This document shows positions 22,879 to 32,654 of a DNA stretch of 32,654 nt, one piece after another (position 1 is the stretch's first letter; the number at the start of each line of letters is the position of its first letter). The translations under genes were made by a program, and so were the position numbers. The stretch comes from Ascoidea asiatica JCM 7603 (lineage: Eukaryota > Fungi > Ascomycota): positions 1,544 to 34,197 of the forward strand of contig BCKQ01000018.1 in the NCBI GenBank assembly GCA_001600695.1, given 5' to 3'. The notes beneath the pieces are model-generated. The model was not told the DNA's origin and did not search any database. It saw nothing but the letters and a program-made list of their open reading frames with translations.

Positions 22879-23262
22879 TTGAATTCTTATTGGTCCAAAA
22901 TTGTATGCTATGATCAAAACTTATTTTTAATTTATTGACAGTTTATTTACCAAAAAAGCTTTTTATTCAATAATGAAAATATGGTGTTATTTTTATTTAT
23001 TTTCATACTCCACATCATTTTATTGATACTAAGTTTGAAAAAAACATCATACCATTTAGGTAAATTATCATTTTTTTTTCCCCAATACTATGATTTTATT
23101 CTAATCAAAAACTTATAAATATAGACAAATTACTTTCTATTACTTTTTTAATTATGTGGTTTTGTCATTTCTTTTTTATTTATCTAATATAGAAAAATTA
23201 AAATAAACGAAATATTACAATTCAATTACTTACAAAATAAATCTCATAACTTTTAATTAAAA

Positions 23263-23475
23263 ATGATTCCTTCAATGATAAGAAGACAAGCTGCAAAACA
23301 AGTTTTCAAAGCAACTCCAAAAAGACTTGGACCTCCTTTTATATATGGTGAAGTTAAAAGAACTGCAGTAACATTTGTAGGTTATAGTGCATTTATGGTT
23401 TCCGTTTTTTTTTTTTTTTGGCCATGGGTACCTTATAAATATTCAACAATTGTTTTTAAATCAAATAAATATTAA
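23263..23475 (+). CDS. Cox26-like mitochondrial microprotein, copy 2 (tandem paralogue)
   Basis: Shares GP.F and FWPWVPYK.STI..KSN.Y with copy 1; basic presequence-like N-terminus; AAAAATG context. Confidence 0.75.
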   Translation: MIPSMIRRQAAKQVFKATPKRLGPPFIYGEVKRTAVTFVGYSAFMVSVFFFFWPWVPYKYSTIVFKSNKY

Positions 23476-24243
23476 TTGTATTCAAAAAGTTGCTGTTTAT
23501 ACTTTTTAATTTTCAATTATTGGAGATGCATCCTTTCTCTTTTTCTTTTACACTGTATTATATAATACAACCTATCATGAACTCTATATACTCTACAATG
23601 AAATAAATAAATTTTTTTTACTATAAATCAATTTTTGTAAATAAGAAAAGATTAATTCAATTCAATGGAGCTTCTTGATAAAGTTATTAATAATCTTCAA
23701 AAGAAAACGGGTGGAGGCCATATTTTTGGGACCCTTTCTAAACCAATGCTTGTTTATTTAACGTTACCGAAAAAAGTTTAACTTAAATGTCTACTCTCAT
23801 ATACTAAATTGATTGCTTAAAATGGAATTCAAAGAAGATAAATGAAATTGAATTAAAACATTTCAACGCTATTCTCCTTTTTTATTTAACAATAAATTAC
23901 TTATCTAAGGACTTTGGCTAAGACAATTAGCCTCTCAAATGATAAGTCATTTATAAATTTTGATTATTCACTAATGTTATTGATTAAAAACCCCATGTAT
24001 TAAAAATTAACTAAAAAATTACGTAAAAAAATACGAAGAAAAAAAAAACTAACATATCAAAACTTTATAAAAGGAATTAGGATTCACTTATTATTTAATG
24101 AACAAAATTTATTTGTTTTTGATTATTTCATTAAAAAATCTGAAATAATAAAAAAAAAATAATATTTTTATTCGATATTAGGTAGAATAATAAATGAAGC
24201 GTTGATTTAAAATTAAAATTAAGCAATATTAAAATAAAAAAAA

Positions 24244-24564
24244 ATGGAAGCTACACTAAGCAATAAACAAGGGTATCAAAGCGATTCTGAAACTCTCTGT
24301 AATAATTTACCGGATATTGAAAAAATAAAAATACAAGAAAATATTCCAAATATCAATAAGAATAAAAAGAATGTTAAAAGCACAAATTGTATTAAGAAAC
24401 TGTCGAAATTTGTTGAAAAGTTCTTTGAACATTTAGGAACTTCTATTAGCATTAAAAGATATTGTCATTCATTTCATTCTTTAACTTTTGCAAGTGTTGG
24501 ATCTCGTAATAATATGACAATATGTTCGGAACTAAAAGAACATTATCGAAATCAACTTTTTTAA
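24244..24564 (+). CDS. Hypothetical 106-aa protein
   Basis: Strong AAAAAAATGG start context; 106 open codons; no recognisable motif. Confidence 0.5.
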   Translation: MEATLSNKQGYQSDSETLCNNLPDIEKIKIQENIPNINKNKKNVKSTNCIKKLSKFVEKFFEHLGTSISIKRYCHSFHSLTFASVGSRNNMTICSELKEHYRNQLF

Positions 24565-24992
24565 TTTTTTGAAGGATAGTAAGCAGGAGCTGGTTGATAA
24601 ATTGGATTATTTTGGGTATTACCATTATTATTTGTATTATTTTGCGGTTGAGTATCATAAATGTAAGCATTCTCATTATTATTTGGTCCATAATTATTAT
24701 TATAATTTTGTGGAGGTTGACTTGGAGGCTGATAATTTTGATTTTGATATGGTGGATAATAATTTTGATTTGGATATTGATTGTTATACTGCGGATTTGA
24801 ATTTGGATACTGTTCTATTGGAATTGCAGTTGCCACTCCCATTGATCTCTTTCTTCTTAAATAGTATAAAATTAATGCAAATATAATAATAACAAAAGCA
24901 ACACAACCGATGATTATACCTATCAATCTCTGAGGTCTTAAACAGTTATTATGATGATAATAACTTGTATTCCAACTACAAATTCCTCCCAT
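24561..24992 (-). CDS. Small single-pass membrane protein with Q/N/Y/P-rich cytosolic tail (Rcr1-like architecture)
   Basis: Short N-terminus with 2 Cys, TM LIGIIIGCVAFVIIIFALILYYL, basic stop-transfer RRKR, tail with YYPPY and PAPAYY. Confidence 0.75.
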   Translation of the reverse strand: MGGICSWNTSYYHHNNCLRPQRLIGIIIGCVAFVIIIFALILYYLRRKRSMGVATAIPIEQYPNSNPQYNNQYPNQNYYPPYQNQNYQPPSQPPQNYNNNYGPNNNENAYIYDTQPQNNTNNNGNTQNNPIYQPAPAYYPSKN

Positions 24993-25358
24993 TGTAGATA
25001 ATTTTTTAAAACGCTTGAATTTAAAAAGTAGAATAAAAATATAGTAATTTTTCGTTGATTTTGAAAACTGATTTAAAGAATGTCAAATTTCTAATTGAAG
25101 TATTACCAAAAAGATATAATATTATCTATTGTTCTTAAGATTAAATATGTTTTCAATTCAAAACAAAGGTGAAAGCCAGTTTGTTTTATACCTTTTATCT
25201 TAAAATTCATATTCTTCTAGGGGTTTCCTTTACGATATATTCTTCAAAAAAGATAATCATTCATAATTCATCAATGTGATTAATCTTTAGAGGCTCTGGC
25301 AAAACCCATATCAGTTCATTTCAACACACAGTAAAGTGTCCATACAAATCCACTTTTT

Positions 25359-25366
25359 GTTACCCG
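25359..25366. promoter_or_regulatory. Reb1-type site GTTACCCG
   Basis: Matches RTTACCCG; lies between the permease 3' end and the promoter of the 143-aa gene. Confidence 0.35.
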
Positions 25367-25821
25367 TTTCTTCCTATCAAAAGCCGCGACATGAAGACCC
25401 TTTTCTAAGCCATGCTTGGTCCAATTCAGCCATGACGACAAAATAAACAAACAATCAACTTTAAACAGATTCTATTCAAGTAATTTAATTGAAGAAGAAC
25501 ATTAAGTTTAGAATTCAATTACTTGATTTGATTAGTGAAATTGATTAAAAACTATTCATTCTTTTGAAATTTATAGTAATTTAAAGAAAAAAAGAAAATG
25601 AAATATCTAAATAGAAATAAAAGTAGGTTGGAAAATGCAAAAATATAAGAGCTTAAATATACAAAATTTGAAAAACTATTAAAAAAACAGAAACTAAAAA
25701 CATAAACTATCTAGGTCATAGAAAAAGAACTAAAGACAATGGCTGAGTTTGGAAAGAAAAATAATTTGAAGTTAAATGAAGTGAAAAATCATATATGAAA
25801 AAGAAAAACAATTATAGAAAA

Positions 25822-27750
25822 TTATTCTATTTGCTCCATAAGTTTTTTAAATTTGCACTTGAAAGCTGAATGGGTTTTATAATAGTTTTCATCTTCTTCT
25901 TTCTTCTGTTTATTGAACGCTTCTTCATCAGCATCAACATAATCTTTATAGAAAAACAAATCAATTTCATCTGCTTTTAGAATAACTGTCTTATTTATCC
26001 ATTTATAACCAAAATAACAAATAATAAAAACAGGAATACCAATATATCCACTAATAAATGTTTTATAATTAAATCCTTTAGTTTTTATGTTTAAAAAGAC
26101 ACTTAAATTTCTAACAAATGCTAAGCAAACCAATATAAAAACTGTAAAATATTGGCCATATGGAGCCAATGGAGCTCGGTAAGTTAAATCAGCTTTTCTA
26201 TCAAGACCTTGAACTCTAAAAGCTTCAACAAATCTTATATGAGAAATTAATAATGAAATCCAAATTAATAAACCTAAAATAGAACTAACGTTTGTGAAAT
26301 AAGTAAAGATTTGCTTAGATTCTTCTGCAACATTCATATAAGCTAAACAATCGAAAACTAAGAAAAAAAATAAAGAATATATTGGAACACCATGAGAATT
26401 GACTTTACTGAAAATTCTCAAAGCATTACCTGAGACAGAAAGTCCATATAAAACTCTGGTACCAAAATATAAGGAGGTATTTGCAGCTGAATAAACAAAT
26501 AGAATTAAACAAGCATTTACAATATGATCAAGAATCTTTATACCTGCATTTTTAATAGCAACAATAAAGGCAGAAGATCCTGCATTACTACTACTAGCAG
26601 AAACAACTTTAATCAAAGTTGCATCATTATAAGCAACACACATTCCAAGAAAAAATAAAGAAGTTAAATATAAAAATGTAACAGACCAAAAAGTCATTTT
26701 AAATGCTTTTGGAATAGTTTTTCTTGGATTTTGAATTTCAGATATAATGATTGCAAAATTTTCCATACCCATAAAAGAATATACAGCAGATGTTAAAGCT
26801 GTAACCCATGCAGCCATTTTACCTGCATCTCCGGTAATTGCAGAACTATAAGGTGCAAATGCTCCTGGATTTCTCCAATATCTAAAACCAATAGGACCAT
26901 CAGCCTCTGGTCCACCACCAAGCATAATAACAATAAGAAGTAAAATAAGACCTAATATAGTCATGATTTTGAAAAGAGAAAGAGCAGTTTCAACTTGAGC
27001 AAATTTAGAAATATTAATATAATTAACAAAACCTATTGCAATGGAGAAAAGCGTAATCCAAACACCAGGATTAATTTCATCTCTAGATACCCAATATTGA
27101 ATAATTAAAGCACCAGCAGTAAGTTGATTTGGAACACCGATAAGAAGTCTAAATAAAATTGCGTAACCAGTTGCAAATCCTAAAGCAGGGTCTACATATC
27201 TTGTTGGATAACCTGAAAACCCATCTGGTAGTGGTAAATATGTACTCATCTCACTTAATGAAGCAACGACCATATATATTAAAGCAGCAACAAAAGCGTA
27301 AGCCAAAAGCATTGACACTGGACCAGCTGTTGCTAAAGTACTTGATGAAGAAACAATAAGACCAGTACCAATAATTGAACCATATAAAATCATGACAACT
27401 TGATAGGCTTTTAAATATTTAACTAATTTATGACCTTCTTGATTAGCTAATGGAGGTGAACTGACTTGATGCAATTCATATGAAACTTGTCTATAAATTG
27501 TTGAATTTGTACTTGAACTATCAAAATCTGCTGAATTTTGATGAGAATGAGATATTTCATTTGATTCTGTATGAGCAGGATCTGTTGAAATATTTGAAGA
27601 AGGGAAAGTAGAAGCTGCATCAGTTTCACCATCCATGCTATAATTCATTTCATATGGTTTTGATGAAATAAATGAATTTCTTCTTGAAATTCTTCTTTTT
27701 TTTTCATCATCCTCTATATCCTTTTGACTATCTTCTGATTTTCTATCCAT
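25822..27750 (-). CDS. Amino acid permease (APC/YAT family), Dip5-like and divergent
   Basis: RYVDPALGFA, PNQLTAGALIIQYWVSRDEINPGVWIT, MLGGGP..GFRYWRNPGAF, LGMCVAYND, LAYMNV and YKTFISGYIGIP are Dip5-subfamily-like; about 12 hydrophobic segments. Confidence 0.9.
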   Translation of the reverse strand: MDRKSEDSQKDIEDDEKKRRISRRNSFISSKPYEMNYSMDGETDAASTFPSSNISTDPAHTESNEISHSHQNSADFDSSSTNSTIYRQVSYELHQVSSPPLANQEGHKLVKYLKAYQVVMILYGSIIGTGLIVSSSSTLATAGPVSMLLAYAFVAALIYMVVASLSEMSTYLPLPDGFSGYPTRYVDPALGFATGYAILFRLLIGVPNQLTAGALIIQYWVSRDEINPGVWITLFSIAIGFVNYINISKFAQVETALSLFKIMTILGLILLLIVIMLGGGPEADGPIGFRYWRNPGAFAPYSSAITGDAGKMAAWVTALTSAVYSFMGMENFAIIISEIQNPRKTIPKAFKMTFWSVTFLYLTSLFFLGMCVAYNDATLIKVVSASSSNAGSSAFIVAIKNAGIKILDHIVNACLILFVYSAANTSLYFGTRVLYGLSVSGNALRIFSKVNSHGVPIYSLFFFLVFDCLAYMNVAEESKQIFTYFTNVSSILGLLIWISLLISHIRFVEAFRVQGLDRKADLTYRAPLAPYGQYFTVFILVCLAFVRNLSVFLNIKTKGFNYKTFISGYIGIPVFIICYFGYKWINKTVILKADEIDLFFYKDYVDADEEAFNKQKKEEDENYYKTHSAFKCKFKKLMEQIE

Positions 27751-29056
27751 TTTTATTATATTATTTTGTTAAAAAAAAAATTTAAAAATATATCAATTGA
27801 TTGATAATTTAGTGAGGGTTTTTGTTTTTTTATTGATTTAAATAAAAATAAAATAAAATAAAAAAGAAAATTGAAATAAATTTAAATGAAATGAACTGAA
27901 TTGAATTAAACTGATGTGAAATTGAATATATTATTGAATTGAAAAATTATCAAACTATAAACTTGGAAGTTATAAAATTAGAATAATTGGGACCCTGTTA
28001 TAATATACTTTATAAATAGATGATTTGTTTATTAAGTTGGTTGTAGTTGATTATAAAAACAATAGTAAAATGAAAAAAGATGTATAAATGACAAAGGATA
28101 TAAAGGTATATTAAGACCCTATGAAAAAAAAGAATAAATTTTTTTAAAATATAGATTTTTTATACTTTTGTAAAATTTATTAGTTTTTAATAAAAAAGAA
28201 AAAAAGGAAATTTGACTCTACATATATATTTTAAAGCCATTTGGACTTAATTATATTTTTTGTCCAAGAAAAATTATGAGAAAATGATTATCTTTATTTT
28301 TTTTAATGAAAATGTAAGAGACTTAAATTGGATCTCCTGAAAAAGAATATCATGTGGATAGAAAGTTTTGTAATGCATGTCTTAGACATAAATACAGAAT
28401 AATGCTAAATGTTGAATACGTACTAGTGAAAAATTTTTTTTTTTATCAAATTATAATTTGTATAAAGCTTTTGTTTTTTGGTAATAAATATTTAGTGCAT
28501 GGCGGTGTAAAAAGAAAAATAAGGGATTTATATTGGGCAAAAAAAGAATTGAAATAAAAATTATTTAAAAAATTGTTTGAAGTTTTCACTATTTTAAATA
28601 TCAATAAGACTACTAATAGCTTATATTTCCTTGAATAATGTTTTAAGTAGTGATAATCTTAACAATTAAATTACTTTCGTAGTTTATAGTACTAAAAAAA
28701 TGAATTACACATTTAGATAAATTATCTTTGAATATTTATACATAATAAAAATCTAAGCATATATAAAATGTATAGATAATCAATATTTAGTATGTAAAGA
28801 GTTGTTATAGCACTGTATATTTAAGTATACTTTTATTATAGTTTTTTAACATATACATATATATATGAGTATATACTTCATACTTTACACTTAAATTTCT
28901 TTATAAAAGTATAAAAATAATAAGATAATGATGGTTGAGCATCATTTTTGATAACCAGATATTATTAAAATATTATCGTAATAAGAATTTTACAAAAGAA
29001 TATTCATTAACAAAACCCATAAAGCAAAACTTGAAATAAAAAATAATCAAGGAATG

Positions 29057-29079
29057 AAAAAAAAAAAAAAAAAAAAAAA
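29057..29079. repeat. Poly(dA) tract, A23
   Basis: Read directly, upstream of the permease. Confidence 0.9.
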
Positions 29080-31787
29080 GGGAGAAAATCGCGATTTATG
29101 AGTGTTGAATAATGATAAACTTTACAACACCTGGCTACAACAAAATATTAATACAAAGTTATATTTAAATTTTAATAAAATAATGTTATTAGAGAATCTC
29201 AAATTAAAGGTTAGAAAAATGTTAACCTTGTTTTCTTATATACAGTATATTATGATTCAAGAAGGAATACTAACATTTTCAAAAATTAAGCATTTTCAAA
29301 AAAGATTAATTAGTTCCATAACATAAATTGGTTATCTAATATCAATTTGAATATAAAATAAGGAATCAAAGAGTTTAGAATAACTTTCAAAGTACTTTAA
29401 TGAAAATCTTATGAGAATTTTTCAAATATTCATGCTGAATCTTTTGTCAAAAGTAAAATAGTATCAAAAGCTAAAAATTATCAAGCTAGTTTTTTCAATT
29501 CCTTTATTCTAATTGTTATCGGAAACTCTCGTGAAGCATTTTATTAATAATGATTTCAATAGATCCTGACTAAAAACATTAATCGATTTTTGAATAAGAA
29601 TAATGCTTAATATGATTAGATTTTTCACACATATCACTCTGTTCATATTCAAAATATCACCATGAATCGTAGTTTTATTCAAATTTATATTGTGATTCAT
29701 TAAAAACCATCTCAAACTTTCCGTAGCGGATACGGATACGGATTGTATTTTCTTAATCTTTTGATTATGGTGGCACATTCCAACACAGTGCAGAGCCTGG
29801 CCATACTGCCGAATCACGTCCTAAGATCTCGCAGGAGAGTAGGAGAGAGCTCTTGAATGCGGGTAGCAGTCCCGGTTGCGAGCTTCGTGAAGGCGGTTTT
29901 AAATTGTTAGATCGGACTTTTTTATGGTGAATTTAATCTCAAACGCCAACATTTTTAGTAATTTTATCAAAGAAGACTAAAAAACGGGTTGCCTTATTTA
30001 ACGGTTATTAATATAGCAGTGATAATAATGGAAATTACAATGGTACTAAAGTACTAATTGCCTGAAAGATAGAGTAGAATAGGAAAGTTTTGCAGCAATT
30101 TGATTTTTAATTGTATGTTTTTTTGAAACTAGTTTCCTAGGTTTAAAACTTTCTAGAAGAATATTACTTGAACTAATTGATAGATTCTATTAGAAGTTAT
30201 TAAAGTATTTGATATCAGAGAGCTATTATCCACAGCTTCTTAAGTAACAAAGCTTTGGAGTGCAACAACCAAAATCAAAAAAAAAGAATTCTGATTTCCT
30301 TTTTTATCTAATTTGAAATTTGTGATTTGAATTTTTTTTTGTTTTTCAATCCGTAGAAAAGGGTTTTCCGGTAAATTTCAAGCTAATAATTGAAATAGGA
30401 AAATCAATCAGTCAGTTGAGGTTTTTTCATTCAAAGAAAATTAGATATCTAGGAGTGTGATTTCTCTATTGACAGTAATGGTATGGTTACTGTAATACAT
30501 TATTCGAAATGATTTCAAACCTACGCCTTAAATGAAAAAATACACGCCTCATTGAACCGCCAAAGAAATCCTTTGAACAACAGAATCTTACTCAAAAAGC
30601 ATTTCTGTAAATGTATTACGAAGTCAAACTTTGGTGAGCTGCTCAGTTACTCAATGTAAAACCAAAAAACTCTCCTCAGGCTGGAGGATTCTCACATAAA
30701 CCACAAATCTTTCAAAAACCTCAGTTAAAACCCTATAAACAAAAACAATTTTTTGCTTTTGTGATTGAAGTTTTGAGATCGGGAATTGAGTTTAAGCTGC
30801 CAGTTGTTGCCCGTAGATACGAGGTTCCACGTCTCCCAGCAGCTATTGGAATTCACTTTTTTCAATGTTTAAATGCCCAGTTCTGTTTTTAAGTGTTGTT
30901 GTATGTTTCTTGCTGTCACATAAGGTGATTGGATAAGTTTCAAGCCTGCTCTTTAGCTATCAAATCTATATATAATGCGCACGGCAGTGAACTTTTGGAA
31001 AGTAGCTTAGTCCCGCATTCAGATGCACTCAGGGTTGTTGTGAGTTTCTCAATTGTTTCCTAAATTTTGATTGGTGCAGTAGATACGGTAATCTAGATAT
31101 TATTCTACTATTTAACATTTATAAATATTTTTTTGTTTTCATTTCAACTTTTAATGTTGATCTTGAATTCTATTTCGAAGCATTGGAAATAAATACACAG
31201 TAATTTCATTTAAAGACAGGGAATTATTGCTTAATTAAGACTACTTTGTTTTAATAAAAACACTAGTGCTAAATATATTGAGAGAAAAGTATTCTGCTGA
31301 ACATTTAATGAATGTTTAACAAAATGAAAATCATAAACCACATAAAAAGCAAATAAAAATACTTTGTACTATTTCAAATATAATATTCCTTTTTTAAATT
31401 TAAAAAGCATAATATAATTATAAAAATTGTGAAACTATTGATTTGCTTTAATGTATAAATTTGAAACCAAAAATATGATAAATATTCGAAAGTTGATTGT
31501 AAAAATGAAACTTTTTGAATAATCTTACAACCTCATATAAAGGATATTTGAAGTGATATATGTTGGAGTTCTTGAGACATAATGGAATAAATTAAGTTGT
31601 TATAGTTTAAAAATTATCGAGATAATGAAAAATGAGCTCAATATTGTAAATAGATTAATAATGAATATTATGTATTAATATATGTAAAATAGTAAATATA
31701 AACCTTGATAATTTCAAAACTATATAAAATTAAAAAACGTGTAGACAAAAACAGACATATTTATATAGTTTTGTGTACATAATACAT

Positions 31788-32165
31788 TTAATCTTCTTTA
31801 TCACTTAAAATTTCAATTGCTCTTAATTTTCTCTTTTTAATTTTAGTACCTCTGTAGCAAAGGCGTAAATATTTAGAGCAATAATTAACATTGTAACTCT
31901 CTAAAAGCCACGCCCAATTTTTAAAGGATAAACCAATCGGATTATTCCTTATTAAATTGGTAATCAATTTCACCTTTGGTGAGTCATGCTTTTGATACAA
32001 ATATGATTCTACAGAGCATTTTAAAAGGTAATTATCTAATTTCTTTTTCATTTGAACTGTTAATTTATCTTTAGTTTTCACCCGATGTTTTGGAATCAAT
32101 GCTTTTTTCATAATTGATTCTACCGATTGGCTACCAAACCAGTGAGGGATTAAAGAAAAATCCAA
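31788..32165 (-). CDS. Basic hypothetical protein; start uncertain (first in-frame ATG at 32111), possibly frameshifted or a pseudogene
   Basis: 125 open codons in AT-rich DNA. The ORF-track start is TTG. A strong-context ATG at 32202 is in a different frame. Confidence 0.4.
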   Translation of the reverse strand: MDFSLIPHWFGSQSVESIMKKALIPKHRVKTKDKLTVQMKKKLDNYLLKCSVESYLYQKHDSPKVKLITNLIRNNPIGLSFKNWAWLLESYNVNYCSKYLRLCYRGTKIKKRKLRAIEILSDKED

Positions 32166-32654
32166 CCTTTGCTAGTTGAAAATAAGTAGGTGGAAGATAC
32201 ATTTTTAATTGACGTAATTGTACTAATATTAATGACTGAAGGAAAAGAAAAAAAAATAAGAAATAGGTTTACTCAAATATTTTTGACAACGAGTGACAAC
32301 GAGCAAAAACAACTGACAACAACTGATAACACAAACATTGAACATCCAACATTCAACAAAAATAAATAACTCCCTTGTCATAGTTGAAATTTATTTGAAT
32401 TAATCTTAAAAAATATAAAAATAAAGAAATATTAATTGCCTGTATAAGCAGAAAAATAGAAAAAGTAAAATAAATGAAAACAATTTTAACAATATATTAC
32501 TTCAATCATAAAGACTGAGGGTTAATAAACTAAAATTTCTATAAAAGATAATTAATAATAATAATGGTTAGTATATATTAAAAGATAATATATAAAAGTT
32601 ATAATAAAAATTCTTAAAGATATAAAATAAAAATAAAGAAAAATAATTTTGAAA

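Noticed and set aside
20047-27632. Small antisense or alternate-frame ORFs inside YPK1, the 143-aa gene and the permease (likewise those inside KEX1, APSES, zinc-finger and 404-aa genes)
   Set aside because: Shadows of AAT/CAA repeats and biased codon usage.
28354-29817. ORFs 28354-28557, 29102-29326 and 29509-29817
   Set aside because: GTG starts, no motifs, lengths compatible with chance.
1-32654. tRNA, rRNA, LTR retrotransposon, CRISPR, a-factor-like CAAX peptide
   Set aside because: No T-loop within a cloverleaf, no gag/pol motifs, no spaced repeats and no CaaX-stop mini-ORF seen by eye; tRNAscan-SE and RepeatMasker would be needed to exclude them formally.

Overview
Very AT-rich eukaryotic DNA with uninterrupted ORFs, from a budding yeast (Saccharomycotina). 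The poly-Asn proteins and extreme A/T codon bias resemble Ascoidea-like genomes, but that is inference. Recognisable genes: KEX1-like serine carboxypeptidase, an APSES transcription factor (Efg1/Phd1/Sok2/StuA family) behind a 7.4 kb gene-free region, a GOR1-like 2-hydroxyacid dehydrogenase, a split C2H2 zinc-finger protein, YPK1 kinase, two tandem COX26-like microproteins, a small single-pass membrane protein with a Q/N/Y/P tail, a divergent DIP5-like permease, and three orphan ORFs. No tRNA, rRNA, CRISPR or intact transposon was found. Best leads: the tandem COX26-like pair, a hairpin-rich GC island with clustered MCB/SCB sites far upstream of the APSES gene, altered substrate-site motifs in the permease, and a recurring ATCCGGGCT promoter motif. 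All homology calls come from recalled motifs, not database searches.
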